From an uncultured Planctomycetota bacterium (lineage in GTDB: Bacteria > Planctomycetota > Planctomycetia > Pirellulales > Lacipirellulaceae): a stretch of 64,000 nucleotides of DNA. This document shows, in pieces, positions 12,027-22,795 of this stretch. The translations under genes were made by a program, and so were the position numbers. Location: contig CAVRBU010000002.1 in NCBI GenBank assembly GCA_963719315.1, forward strand, positions 1,920,001 to 1,984,000, given 5' to 3'. How positions within the stretch are numbered: position 1 is the first letter of the stretch; each line of letters opens with the position of its first letter. The notes below the pieces were generated by a model. It saw only the letters and a list, made by a program, of their open reading frames with translations. It ran no database searches and was not told where the DNA came from.

Positions 12027-12638
12027 ATGTCCGATCTCCAAACCATCCTCAGCGACTTCGTGCTCCTATGGGCCGTGATCGACCCGATCGGCACGATCCC
12101 TGTCTTCATCGCCGCTACCCGCCAGCACGCCGACGCCGACCGCCGTCGCATCGCATTCCGCGCCGCCGCGGTCGCGGCCGGAATCCTGCTGTTCTTTATC
12201 GTTGCCGGCGAGCCAATTCTGGGGGCGATGGGCGTGCCAGTCTTGGCGTTCCAAATCGCCGGCGGCATCGTCCTATTCCTGTTCGCCCTGACGATGATCT
12301 TTGGCGAGAGCAAACCGCAGGCCGAGGAGCACGACATCCGCGGATCGCAAAACGTCGCCATCTTCCCACTCGCCACGCCGTCGATCGCCTCGCCCGGCGC
12401 GATGATGGCCGTCGTGCTCTTGACGCAGAACGACCTCCACACGGTTAACGAACAGATCGTCACCGCCGTGTTGATGCTGGTCGTCGTCGGTGCCGCTTAT
12501 GTCTTGATGCGCTGCGCCGGCCCGATCTTGCGCCTGATCGGCGAAGGCGGCGCGAACATCGTCAGCCGCGTGATGGGCATGATCCTGGCCTCCGTCGCCG
12601 CCACGCAAGTGCTGGAAGGCATCAAGCAATACTTCTAG
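12027..12638 (+). CDS. MarC family membrane protein
   Basis: IDPIGTIPVF, FQIAGGIVLF, AIFPLATPSIASPGAM, RVMGMILAS motifs. Confidence 0.93.
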   Translation: MSDLQTILSDFVLLWAVIDPIGTIPVFIAATRQHADADRRRIAFRAAAVAAGILLFFIVAGEPILGAMGVPVLAFQIAGGIVLFLFALTMIFGESKPQAEEHDIRGSQNVAIFPLATPSIASPGAMMAVVLLTQNDLHTVNEQIVTAVLMLVVVGAAYVLMRCAGPILRLIGEGGANIVSRVMGMILASVAATQVLEGIKQYF

Positions 12639-12723
12639 ACAAAAGGGACGCAGCAGAACGCATCTCTTATTGCTTTCCGAAACGCGGTTGAGGAAAACGC
12701 TGACGGCGTTCTCGTATGATTCT

Positions 12724-12752
12724 AGCAGGTCGAACACCGGTCGCACGTCGCC
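12724..12752 (+). repeat. 29-bp direct repeat, copy 1 (identical to 22953-22981)
   Basis: AGCAGGTCGAACACCGGTCGCACGTCGCC occurs at both positions. Confidence 0.9.
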
Positions 12753-13205
12753 ACCCCGTTCGGCGCCTGCTTCTGGAGATTTCGAACTACGAAGCGATCT
12801 GACCTCGTATCGTCATCCCGCAGTGGCCGAGCGGGTAGGCAAGAAAAGTAACTCCCAGATCACTCGAACCCGAAGCGGCCTTATGGATTACGAAACTTCC
12901 TTTATGAACTGTAAAATCAGCCTTTTGGCGAGCAGGAAACTAGTTCGAGAATGGCCCGTCTAAACTCGGTCTCCTGGCGAAACCAATCGAAGTTAAATCA
13001 ACAAGGGGTCGGTTATTGGCGATTTCACGACGACTTGAGTTTCGACACGTATTAGAGCACGTCTAAGTTGCCATGATAACACTCAGCCGACTACGACAGA
13101 CACGAGGCCAAAGCTGATACAATCCTAGGTGGCGGGTCTTCCACTCACAGATTCGCGGCCAATTGTAGTCTGCCGTGCTGCGGACCAGCGGTTCACGCGG
13201 CGATA

Positions 13206-15716
13206 TCATGCGAACAGTTCGTCAAGCACTTCACGGAGCCGTCGGCCGCTCAGGAACAGATTTAGGTCGTCGAAGCCCTCAAACAATTCGTCGGAAATCG
13301 TTTCGCCCGTCAACGACGCCGAATAGGTTTGGTGCGTGGAGTCAAGCACGCCATCCTCGTCCATGTCGTCCATCAGAAGCTGTTCGTAGACTGCTCTTAG
13401 GTTTGTTTCGTCCTCCCGGAAGTGGAGGATCATGTCGAGGTCACCATCGCCGTCAACGTCTTCCAGTGCGAATTGCACCGCGCTGGCTCCAGCGAACAGC
13501 ACCGTGCTGGCGTCGACTTGGGCGGCGTCGAAATCGTTGGTCGTGAAGATCGCCACGGCAATCATGCCGTTCCCGTTGTTCAAATTGATGGGGTTCTCGT
13601 CGCTGCCGGGCTTCACATCAATCACCACACCGATCGGCGCCACTTCGACACCGTGGACGGTCACGTTTACCGTGGCCGAGGACGTGGCTCCCTGACTGTC
13701 GACCATGGTGTACGTGAAGCTGTCATTAGCGGTATCGCCGAGCGGCACCGCGTCAAATTGCCCGTTAGGGTCGTAGCTGAAGCTGCCGTCCGCGTTGAGC
13801 GTCACCAGGGCGCCGGAGGCGAGCGTAACCTGGCTCCCCACGTCGGCCGCCACGCCGTTCACTTCGGAGACGGTTTTCGTGTCGCCTTCGTCAACGTCGC
13901 TGTCGTTGGCCAGCACTCCGTCGGCGCTCACCGTGAGGAGCGCGTCCGCGTTCGTCTCGCCCGAATCATCGACGGCCACCGGCGCATCGTTGACGCCTTC
14001 GACCGTGATCGTCACGGTGGCGGAGTCGCTGGCACCGGCACCGTCCTCCATCGTGTACTCGAAGCTGTCGGTCGCACTGGTGCCGACCTGCAAGTGCTCG
14101 AACTGGCCGTTGGGGTCGTAGACATAGCTGCCAGTCGACTGTAGAGTCAGCAGGGCACCGGAGGGAAGCGCGACCTGATGACCAACGTCGCCGGCCACAC
14201 CATTGACCGCGGTGACGGTTTTAGTGTCACCGGCGTCAATATCAGTATCGTTGGTGAGCACGCGCCTGCCGGTAGTCGATGCAAAAAGAATAGTATCCTC
14301 ATCGGTTGCATCGGTGTCATCGACTGCAGTAGGGGCGTCGTTCACACCGTTAACGACCACGAACGCGGCGGCCGCGTCAGAGGCGCCGAGGCTGTCAATC
14401 ATCGTGTACGTGAAGCTGTCAGTGTGGCTCGCGCCGACACTGAGCGAATCGAATTGGCCATTTGGGTCATAGGTGAAGCTGCCGTCGGCGTTGACGGTCA
14501 GCAAGGCGCCGGATGATAGAGTGATCTGCGCCCCCACATTTGCCGCCTGTCCGTTCACCTCGGCAACTGTCAAAGGCACACCCCCGCCCGTGTCATTTGC
14601 CAGGAGGCCTGCTTCCGCACTCACCGCCAGCAGGGTTTCCTCATTCGTCTCCACCACATCGTCCACGGCCATCGGTGGCTCAGGTTCCCCCGTGTCGGGG
14701 AGCATCGCAATCCAGGCGAGATCAGTGGTATTGCCGTCCGAGTCAATGTGGGTGCCGTTTCCAACGATGAATCGTCCATCTGTGGAGATTGCAGTCGCCT
14801 CATCCAAATCCCAGCCGGTCAAATCGACGCCGGCGTCCGCGAGCACGATTTCCAGATTCCGCATTCCGTTCGCGCTGTCCCAGATGAAAGCTTCTCTAAA
14901 TTCTCCTCCACGACCGAATCCGGCGCCGCCGACGATGATCGAACCGTCTCCAGTAACGTCAAACGCCTCGGTCGTCTCGCCTTCTAGAAATCCCAATCCA
15001 ACCATGCCCCCTGCTTCCCAACGAAACGCTTCCTGTTCAAAAGCACTCCCATAGTTTCCTACTCCAACGACGACGGATCCATCGGCCGAAGTAGCAACCG
15101 CTCGACTGCTGAAATAACCAGATGAGTCGGGCAGATCGCCCAAGCCGACCATGCCTGTGGGACTCGTCCAACGAAACGCCTCATCATTTCCGGCTGGCGT
15201 AGTTGCAGATCCCACCACGACGAGACCATCGGCAGATACTCCCGACGCACCGTCAGAAGAGGCGATACCCCCGCCAAGCGTTCCAAGCGTGACCAACACT
15301 GGGGTTCCGGTAGGCCAAAGATATGCTTCAGTCGATTTTGGCGTTTTTGAAGCTGCACCAACTACGACAGACCCGTCAACTGAGACATCGGACGCGGAAC
15401 GTGCGCCCGCAGGAAGCATAGAAATCCCACTTGCCGCGGTCCAGTAAAACGCGCTGGTACCCACGACGACAGTTCCGTCTGCTGTCACGGCGTTTGCCAC
15501 CGAATTGCTAACTCCGCCGAGTCCCACGGCGCCCGTAGCGGCTGTCCAAAGTGCGGCCTGGCTGATGGAGCCAATGCTTCCTTGCCCTACGACGACCGTT
15601 CCATCGGCCGACACATCGTTGGCAACTAAAAAGTCCGCTCCCAGCCCCTGCAGACTAGCCGTGAGGACGAGCCGTTTTTCGAGCTGTTCGACCGCAAGTT
15701 TTCGACAGGCGAGCAT
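13206..15716 (-). CDS. large secreted/surface protein: planctomycete export motif, HAF-type extracellular repeats, three cadherin/VCBS-like Ig repeats and a C-terminal 'IDVKPGS' domain
   Basis: MLACRKLAVEQLEKRLVLT with GAGGT SD; repeated 'SADGSVVVG...AFRW..GMVGLG'; three 'P.AVDD...NDTD...SGALLT...YDPNGQF...DSFTYT' units. Confidence 0.85.
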   Translation of the reverse strand: MLACRKLAVEQLEKRLVLTASLQGLGADFLVANDVSADGTVVVGQGSIGSISQAALWTAATGAVGLGGVSNSVANAVTADGTVVVGTSAFYWTAASGISMLPAGARSASDVSVDGSVVVGAASKTPKSTEAYLWPTGTPVLVTLGTLGGGIASSDGASGVSADGLVVVGSATTPAGNDEAFRWTSPTGMVGLGDLPDSSGYFSSRAVATSADGSVVVGVGNYGSAFEQEAFRWEAGGMVGLGFLEGETTEAFDVTGDGSIIVGGAGFGRGGEFREAFIWDSANGMRNLEIVLADAGVDLTGWDLDEATAISTDGRFIVGNGTHIDSDGNTTDLAWIAMLPDTGEPEPPMAVDDVVETNEETLLAVSAEAGLLANDTGGGVPLTVAEVNGQAANVGAQITLSSGALLTVNADGSFTYDPNGQFDSLSVGASHTDSFTYTMIDSLGASDAAAAFVVVNGVNDAPTAVDDTDATDEDTILFASTTGRRVLTNDTDIDAGDTKTVTAVNGVAGDVGHQVALPSGALLTLQSTGSYVYDPNGQFEHLQVGTSATDSFEYTMEDGAGASDSATVTITVEGVNDAPVAVDDSGETNADALLTVSADGVLANDSDVDEGDTKTVSEVNGVAADVGSQVTLASGALVTLNADGSFSYDPNGQFDAVPLGDTANDSFTYTMVDSQGATSSATVNVTVHGVEVAPIGVVIDVKPGSDENPINLNNGNGMIAVAIFTTNDFDAAQVDASTVLFAGASAVQFALEDVDGDGDLDMILHFREDETNLRAVYEQLLMDDMDEDGVLDSTHQTYSASLTGETISDELFEGFDDLNLFLSGRRLREVLDELFA

Positions 15717-16002
15717 GATCGCACCTCGTTTGATTGATAATCTGCGAAGATCAACTGGCCGGCCTGAGGTCGGCAAGTCGCCACCCCGATGGAACCGCTG
15801 ACCGGGATCCTGCACGCCGAAGAACCTGGAATTCCCAGGCCACTTATCGGCCCGGAGCGGAAAAAAACCGGAATTTCTCGCCCGGCCGCAGGCTGCATCC
15901 ACCGGTGGTATCCCCTATATTGGATATCAGCGAACTAAGCTGGAGGCGGCCAAGCCGTCGCCGAAATTCTTCGAAATCTTCTCGTCGGCTGAGATTCGCG
16001 AT

Positions 16003-16610
16003 ATGTCGTCGACCGATGGTTCGATCACGTACTGGCTCAAACTTCTCGACACAAACGAGGGGTCCGTCGCCCGCGGGGCACTCTTCGAGCGGTACTTCCA
16101 GCGTCTGGTGCGGCTGGCCCGGCGACGGCTGAAGACCGCGTCTCGCGCGGCGGAGGACGAAGAGGACGTTGCGCTCGAAGCACTAGACAGCTTTTTTCGC
16201 CGCGCGGAGCAGGGCGATTTCGCGCGATTGAACAACCGAGGTGAGTTGTGGTCGCTGCTGGTGACGATCGCCAGCCGCAAGGCGATCAATCAGTACAATC
16301 GGCAGACCGCGCTGAAGCGCGGGGGAGAAACGGCCGACGCGTTCCGCTCGATGTGACGGCGGTCGGACAACGCGGGCTTGACCAGTTGGCCGCGTTGGAA
16401 CCCACCCCGGAAGTGCTGGTCCACGTGGTCGATGAGTTCCATGCGCGACTTGATAGGCTTGACGGCGAACTGCTGCGCGAAGTTGCAATCCTCGCGCTCC
16501 AGGGCTACACCAACTTAGAAATCGCCGCGCAGCTGACCGTTTCTGAGCGGACTGTCCGCCGCAAACTGCAGCGGATACGGAGGGAATGGGCGGAAACAAT
16601 CGACGACTGA
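16003..16610 (+). CDS. planctomycete-type ECF sigma factor, kinase-associated (frameshift near 16340)
   Basis: GSITYW...LFERYFQRLVRLAR...DEEDVA...DSFF...LW.LL..I..RKA...KRGG; region 4 GYTNLEIAAQL..SERTVRRKL in a second frame. Confidence 0.9.
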
Positions 16611-16630
16611 CGGGCAAATTGGGCACCCCA

Positions 16631-19057
16631 ATGCAGACGCTAGGCGAGCTCTCACTGGCCACGATTCGCCGGATCGACGAGATCTGCGACGAGTTTGAGC
16701 GCGGCTGCCGCGAGGGACGGACGTTGGATCTTTCCTCGTTCGTGCGAAGATGGGCTGAGCCGCAGCGATCAGCCCTGGTTCGTGAGTTGATTCTGATCGA
16801 TTTCCACTACGCCGGTCATCGAGGCATCCACCGTGAATGCCGTGACTACCTCGCTCGACTGCCGCATGACGCGCACACAGTCGAGCAGGCGTTTTTGGAG
16901 GCAGCTAACGCCGTCGATGGGTCGACGCTCAACCAATCGGGGATCAAGGCGGATGGCACCGATCGGTCGCAAGGAATAGTGGAAAATGGCGGCGCGAGAC
17001 CGCCCCGTTTCATCGGCCGCTATCGGGTGCTGCGCCAGCTGGGGAGTGGTTCGTTCGGCATTGTCTATTTGGCTCTCGATCCAGAACTTGGGCGGCAGGT
17101 GGCAATTAAATGCCCACGACTTGGAATCCGATGGAAGGAATCGCATTGGGAGATGCTTCAGCGGGAGGCGGAGCTCGCGGCGAAGCTACACAATCAAGGC
17201 GTGGTGGCGATTTACGACATTGGATGCGACGAGTCGGGCCGCCCGTTTTTCGTGATGGAATACGTTCGTGGCGAATCGCTCAAGGATTTACTGAGCCGGG
17301 GTCAGATTGAGGTTCAGTCTGCGATAAAGATTGCAATTGCACTGGCCGAGGGGCTGGAATGTATTCACAAGGCGGGACTTGTGCACCGGGATCTCAAGCC
17401 TGCCAACGTTATCTTGGATGATGAAGGAGCACCGCACATTGCCGACCTGGGTCTTGCATTCGACGAACAGCACAGCACGAGCGATGAATTGGCCGGCACG
17501 CTGGCCTACATGGCGCCTGAACAGGTGCCCACGGTTGAGGTGAACAACCAGTCACGAACGATTGACCATCGCTGCGATATTTGGGCGTTTGGAGTCATGC
17601 TTTATGAGATGCTCGTGGGTCGGCGACCATTTGACGGGCCCACCCCCTCGCAGCTGATCGACCAAATACTCCATGACACTCCCATGCGGCCATCGTCTGT
17701 AAATCCACGAAATGGTCCAGTGGTGACGCAGATCTGCATGAAGTGCTTGTCGAAGTCTCCCGAATCCAGGTATCCAAGTGCCGGCGCGATCACTGAAGAA
17801 CTGCGGCTGGTTTCGAGTATTGAGACTTGGACCAGCTCATGGCGACGCAAAGCCGTCCTAGCAGCTTGCATTTTATCAGCCCTGGCGGCAACGCCCATAA
17901 TCGGTCGCTATCGCTTGGCCGGTAATTCAGTGACTGATTCCGCGACGATTATCTCGGCAGTCGATTCACGACCTGAAGCACCGACTCCACCGGTCCTTTC
18001 GTACGTCATCAAGAGTACGAGTGAGAGGTTCGCGGATTTAGCGGCTGCAGTCACCGCTGCACCTGATGGCGGGATCGTCGAGATCGACGCGGACGGGCCA
18101 CTGACGGTCGACCAGATAAATGTTGGCCGACGACAACTCACGATCCGCGCCGCACGTGGACGCAGACCAGTGATCACGCTCGCCGACGATAGACGACTGT
18201 GCTTGCTATGCACCGTGGGGGATCTCGTGCTGGAAGGTCTCGACTTTCGCCGGGGAACACCCATAGTTCGAACAGCAGTTCATGCACCCTCGGTGGTAGC
18301 TGTCGAGGGATCCGGAAGTCTGCAGATCAAACATTGCCGCTTCAGCTACGCGTCGAGACGAGAGAATCGCGGCGCCTGCATTCGAGTCGAGGCAAGCGAC
18401 TGCGCCATTCAGGACACAGAGCTCTACTGCCTAAACGGTCCCGGGATAGCTTGGGTTCCTAGCGCTGGAGCCGTGCTTTCGCTCGACAACTGTGTTGCAG
18501 AAGTTAGGACATTAGCACATATCACGAGCGAAGGAAGCAACGAAGTTACAGTCCGAATTCGTCGCTCTGCGGTGAAGGCACAACAGGCACTCATCGTCCG
18601 AGGCATCCATCGTTTGCCCCCCAAAGCCAAGCTGCTAGTGTTCGCTCAGCAATGCCGCTTCGATGTGGATGTGGTACTTCTGCAAATCGTTCCAACTCCC
18701 GGTGGAATGCCCCAGACCCTGGCCGGAGTTACTGCTGCCATCGCGTGGGATGGTAAGCAAAATGTCTTCGCAGTGCGAGATACATTTGTCCGAAGTGATT
18801 TTGGAGGTCAACGGAAGACACTCAATGTGGACAATCTTGCCGCCTGGAACGCATTTTGGACAGCCCAAAGCGGCTCAGTTGAGATCGCTGCTAGCGAAAG
18901 CCACCGTGGGGTGGACGCCTTCGATTATTCAATTCCGGTTCGCGACCGTCTCGACTGGATTGCACGCGGAGATGAGCTGCCACCCGGCTTTGTCGCCGGT
19001 GTTGATATCGATTTAGTTGGCCCAGAAGGGAGCTACTCACTTCGAGCGAGGCCTTAG
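16631..19057 (+). CDS. Hanks-type Ser/Thr protein kinase with a TM segment and an extracytoplasmic beta-helix-like domain
   Basis: LGSGSFGIVY, VAIK, HRDLKPAN, DLG, GTLAYMAPEQ, DIWAFG; N-terminal 'IDEICDEFE' planctomycete motif; hydrophobic AVLAACILSALAA. Confidence 0.92.
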   Translation: MQTLGELSLATIRRIDEICDEFERGCREGRTLDLSSFVRRWAEPQRSALVRELILIDFHYAGHRGIHRECRDYLARLPHDAHTVEQAFLEAANAVDGSTLNQSGIKADGTDRSQGIVENGGARPPRFIGRYRVLRQLGSGSFGIVYLALDPELGRQVAIKCPRLGIRWKESHWEMLQREAELAAKLHNQGVVAIYDIGCDESGRPFFVMEYVRGESLKDLLSRGQIEVQSAIKIAIALAEGLECIHKAGLVHRDLKPANVILDDEGAPHIADLGLAFDEQHSTSDELAGTLAYMAPEQVPTVEVNNQSRTIDHRCDIWAFGVMLYEMLVGRRPFDGPTPSQLIDQILHDTPMRPSSVNPRNGPVVTQICMKCLSKSPESRYPSAGAITEELRLVSSIETWTSSWRRKAVLAACILSALAATPIIGRYRLAGNSVTDSATIISAVDSRPEAPTPPVLSYVIKSTSERFADLAAAVTAAPDGGIVEIDADGPLTVDQINVGRRQLTIRAARGRRPVITLADDRRLCLLCTVGDLVLEGLDFRRGTPIVRTAVHAPSVVAVEGSGSLQIKHCRFSYASRRENRGACIRVEASDCAIQDTELYCLNGPGIAWVPSAGAVLSLDNCVAEVRTLAHITSEGSNEVTVRIRRSAVKAQQALIVRGIHRLPPKAKLLVFAQQCRFDVDVVLLQIVPTPGGMPQTLAGVTAAIAWDGKQNVFAVRDTFVRSDFGGQRKTLNVDNLAAWNAFWTAQSGSVEIAASESHRGVDAFDYSIPVRDRLDWIARGDELPPGFVAGVDIDLVGPEGSYSLRARP

Positions 19058-19809
19058 CCGATTCCGCAAAAACGAAATTGGTGCCACGACCCGCGAGCAA
19101 TTGGGCCACCACTATCGTGATACCGGACCAGCCGCTAAGGCGTCAGCATCAATCAGATCGGGAATAATCTTCGTGGCTTGCATCGGCTGTAAAGTTAAAG
19201 TCGATGCCACGACCTGGACGGCGTATTGAGGTAAGCGTTTATTGTGACGTGAACCGTCAAAGGTTGGGTTGCCGGGGGCTCGCCGAAGGAAGTGCAACCA
19301 GGCAGAAATTTTCGGACGGCGATGTGTTTAAAGTTATTTCATTTAACAAAACGCCGAGTACTCATCAAGAATTAGCTTCTCGCCGTCGCAGCATCCAAGA
19401 CTAAAAATGTTTCAGTGACCGTAGAAGCATTGTCCACAGATGGCGCAGATGATTGGAGGATTTGGCTGCTTTGACCGCATGGAATGGTCGCGGGCAAAGC
19501 ACGAACTACTTTCTTGAATCTGCGCTCATCGGCGCCATCTGCGGACTCGACGATGATCGGAGAAGAGAACAGCAGCAGGTCCACATCCAATAGATGCTAC
19601 GCCAACACCTGGTTGGGCTGATCGAACTGGGCACTATTCGCAGTTCCAAGACTGGCCAAATATTCTCGTTGAATCTATTTGGAGATCGGCATTGAAACGG
19701 GACCCACCTGGGGTGCGGAATCGGCATTGAAAAGGGACCCACCGCAGCGGACTTCGTAAGCTGGATTCCCGGTTTTTAAACTGGGGAATTCAGCGAAGCG
19801 GAGTCAAGG

Positions 19810-21516
19810 ATGCTGAAGGTGGAGGATTACGGCAGGATACGTCGTGCTCATCGCGATGGCATGAGCATTCGGGAGATCGCCCGGACGTTTGGGCATTCGC
19901 GACGAAAGATCCGCGAGGCACTGGCGCAGGCAGAGCCGCGGCCTTACACGCTGTCGCTACCGCGACCGCGGCGGGTGCTGACCGATGTGCACCAGCAATG
20001 GATCGGCGCGATTCTCGTCGAAGATGAGCAGGCGCCTCGCAAGCAACGTCACACAGGAGCGCAACTCTTTCGGCGGCTGCGGGACGAAGAGCAGTACGTC
20101 GGCAGCTACGACCAGGTGCGAAGGTACGTGGCCGCGACGCGGGGGCGGCAGCGCGAAACGTTTCTCCCTTTGTCGTACGAGCCAGGCCAACGGGCCGAGA
20201 GCGACTTCGGTCAGATCTGGGTCGACTTCCCGGAAGGCAGGCGCCAGGTTCCGATCCTGCTGGTGACGTGGGCCTACTCGAACGCCACCTTTATGATTGC
20301 GCTGCCGAGCGAAAAGACCGAGGCGATCCTGCATGGCACGGTGGCGGCGTTTGCGTTTTTTCGTTGCGTGCCCAAAGAACTGTGGTGGGATAATCCAAGA
20401 ACCGTTGCGACCACGATTCTGCGTGGCCGCCAACGGGAGTTGAACCAGCGCTGGCAGGCGCTGGCCAGTCACTACAACTTCGAGCCGTTGTTCTGCCTGC
20501 CGGCTCGCGGTAACGAAAAGCCGCACGTCGAGAACCGGGTGAAGCTGTTCGAGCGCCAGTGGGCGACGCCGGTCCCTCAAGTGAAGGATCTGACAGAGCT
20601 AAATGCCTACCTGCTTCAATGCTGCGAGCGGGATGCTCGGCGGACGATTGCGGGCCACAGCGAAACGATCGGCGCACGCTTCGCGACAGAGCAGATTCGC
20701 GCCTTGCCGCTGCCCGAGCGCCCGTTTGAAGCCGCCGTGAGCGAGGTCCGTCAAGTCGACAAGTACCAGACGGTCGCCTGGGAGAAGAATCGCTACAGCG
20801 TGCCGCGGCGGCATGCGTTCGCCACGGTCACGGTAAAAGCCACTATCGATCGCATCGAAGTCATCCGCGACGGCCAGCGGATTGCCCGGCACGAGCGCTC
20901 CTACGGACAGGGCGAGCAAGTGCTCGATCCGCTGCACTACCTGTCCACTCTGGGAGTGAAGCCAGCCTATTTGGATCACACTGACGTCTACCGCAATTGG
21001 CGTCTGCCGGCGGCGTTTACCCAGTTGCGCGAACATTTTGAAACACGCCACGGATCGTTGCCGGGCGCTCGGCAATTCATCCGCGTGCTGCAGCTGTTGG
21101 CAGAGCACCCGCTGACTCGGGTTGAGCAGGCCATCCAGGCCTGCCGCGGCGACGGCGTCGTCACGGCCGAGCGGATTGCTGGGCTCTGCGAGCGACTGGC
21201 GCTGCGGTCCACCCGCGGCGAAGCGAACCTAATCGGGCAGCTGCGATCGATTCCTGCGGTGCAAGTCCCGCTGCCGGACTTGCGCCGCTTTGACTCGTTA
21301 CTCTCTCACGGAGGAGAAGATCATGGCCCAGAAAGAAACGCCCCTGTTACTGCGTTCGAACCTCAAGGCGCTACGCCTGCCGACGATGCTGGCCGAGTAT
21401 GGCAAGCTCGCCGGGGAAGCGACCAACAGCAACCAGGACTACCTCGACTATCTGTTGCGCCTGACGGAGTTGGAGTTAGCCACACGCAGTGCCAATGCTC
21501 TGCAGGCGCGCATTAA
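19810..21516 (+). CDS. istA: IS21 transposase
   Basis: N-terminal HTH (SIREIARTFGHSRRKIR), PGQRAESDFG, WWDN, EKPHVE, NRYSVP; the ORF overlaps the istB start, so the true end may be near 21330. Confidence 0.93.
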   Translation: MLKVEDYGRIRRAHRDGMSIREIARTFGHSRRKIREALAQAEPRPYTLSLPRPRRVLTDVHQQWIGAILVEDEQAPRKQRHTGAQLFRRLRDEEQYVGSYDQVRRYVAATRGRQRETFLPLSYEPGQRAESDFGQIWVDFPEGRRQVPILLVTWAYSNATFMIALPSEKTEAILHGTVAAFAFFRCVPKELWWDNPRTVATTILRGRQRELNQRWQALASHYNFEPLFCLPARGNEKPHVENRVKLFERQWATPVPQVKDLTELNAYLLQCCERDARRTIAGHSETIGARFATEQIRALPLPERPFEAAVSEVRQVDKYQTVAWEKNRYSVPRRHAFATVTVKATIDRIEVIRDGQRIARHERSYGQGEQVLDPLHYLSTLGVKPAYLDHTDVYRNWRLPAAFTQLREHFETRHGSLPGARQFIRVLQLLAEHPLTRVEQAIQACRGDGVVTAERIAGLCERLALRSTRGEANLIGQLRSIPAVQVPLPDLRRFDSLLSHGGEDHGPERNAPVTAFEPQGATPADDAGRVWQARRGSDQQQPGLPRLSVAPDGVGVSHTQCQCSAGAH

Positions 21517-22094
21517 ACAGGCTGGCTTCCCGGTGCAGAAGGACCTCGATGCATTCGACTTTAGCGGCGGTACCCGGCCTCTCGAAGCCCAAGATCCTGG
21601 AACTGGCCCGCTGCGGCTGGATTGATCAGCGTCAGAACTGCTGCCTGTTGGGTAGTTCGGGAACTGGAAAAACGCATCTGGCCATCGCCTTGGGCCTGGC
21701 CGCCTGCCGACTGGGCAAGCGAGTCCGCTTCTTTACCGCTGCCACACTGGTCAATCGCTTGGAAGAGACGCAGAAGCAGTACCAGCTCGAGCGATTGTTG
21801 AAGCAGCTCGACAAGCTCGATCTGCTTGTCTGCGACGAGCTCGGTTATCTCTCGTTCAATCGCAGCGGAGCGGAACTGCTGTTCCAGGTATTCGCCGATC
21901 GCTACGAGCGATCCAGCCTGTTGATCACCAGCAACTTGCCGTTCAGCGAATGGCAGCAGGTGTTTCAGGGAGAACGGATGACAGCTGCTCTCTTGGACCG
22001 GCTGACGCACCACTGCGAAATCTTTGAGATGAACGGTGAAAGCTACCGCTTCCGGGAGTCGATGAAACAAAAGCGAACCACCAAGGGCAAGTAG
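21323..22094 (+). CDS. istB: IS21 helper AAA+ ATPase (frameshift near 21566)
   Basis: LKALRLPTM; Walker A GSSGTGKTHLA; LLVCDELGY; ITSNLPFSEW; ALLDRLTHH; GESYR. Confidence 0.93.
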
Positions 22095-22180
22095 CTTTCG
22101 GGCGACCCGTCGGCAAAACGTTCGCAAATCGCGCAACAAAATGGAGAGTTTACTCTAACCCATTAAGTGAACTAACGGAG

Positions 22181-22218
22181 GCGGCCGCGCGAGACCTTCG
22201 AAGGGTCTCGCGGGCCGC
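22181..22218. other. strong GC-rich hairpin inside the IS21 right end
   Basis: GCGGCC(G)CGCGAGACC...GGTCTCGCGGGCCGC. Confidence 0.6.
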
Positions 22219-22479
22219 TCCCCAACTAACCAGGTGGGCCCAGATTCAACGCCCAGGTGGGTCCCATTTCAATGCCGATCTCCATCTATTCGCCAACTTG
22301 CTATAGTGGTCATCTGTATATTCTCGAACCTAGGCCCGCCAGCGTATGCGGCTTCGCCGGGCGCTCGCGCTGTGCACATTGGTTTCGCTTCGCTCTTTGG
22401 CAATTTAAGCACATCAGTAGCTTCGAGCCTAAGCTCTTGGCCCGTGAGATGTTGCGCCGAAAACGCTTCCGCCGTTCGC

Positions 22480-22740
22480 CGCCAGTTGCGCGCCGAATGC
22501 GAAGTAAACTCGGCCAGTTGTGCACGGTCGAAGAGTGCTCTCGATCGGCACGCCGATGCCATGAACCCGTTGCACGCCAACGACTTGTAACTCAACGAGC
22601 GGCGGATGCAACCGGAATGCTTCGCGCAAAACATACGACTTTTGCACGCGAAAAAAAATTTCTCGATCCGCGCAAAAGTATCTCTAATGGCAGTAACGAC
22701 TTGCGGATGCATGCCACGAATTAGCGAATGCAATACTCGC
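22480..22740 (+). repeat. dispersed non-coding repeat, copy R1 (diverged)
   Basis: Shares AAACTCG..AG...TGCACG, GCAAAA-N7-TTTTGCACGCGAAAAAAAATTT and GCAATACTC blocks, in order, with 52395-52690. Confidence 0.7.
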
Positions 22741-22795
22741 CAAATCCCGAGCGCCACGTTAGTTATGCAGAACCGTTCGATTTCAGAATTGTCGC

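Larger units (their letters stand above)
19680..22284 (+). mobile_element. complete IS21-family insertion sequence
   Basis: TG...CA ends; IRL TGGAGATCGGCATTGAAACGGGACCCACCTGGG vs IRR (rc) TGGAGATCGGCATTGAAATGGGACCCACCTGGG; internal repeated sub-terminal motifs; TCTATT duplicated at 19674-19679 and 22285-22290. Confidence 0.96.

Noticed and set aside
12950..13066. Short frame containing IEVKSTRG, reminiscent of DUF3883-type nuclease motifs
   Set aside because: Bounded by stops, under 40 codons, with no start or upstream catalytic motif; could be a remnant but cannot be supported
19060..19680. Gene interrupted by IS21
   Set aside because: Joining the flanks across the TCTATT duplication gave no recognisable protein-like ORF in the frames examined
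22257..22757. ORFs of 100-200 aa over the R repeats (also 49139-49744 and 52414-52740)
   Set aside because: Reading frames are not conserved among copies (indels, variable A-run), so the repeats are treated as non-coding
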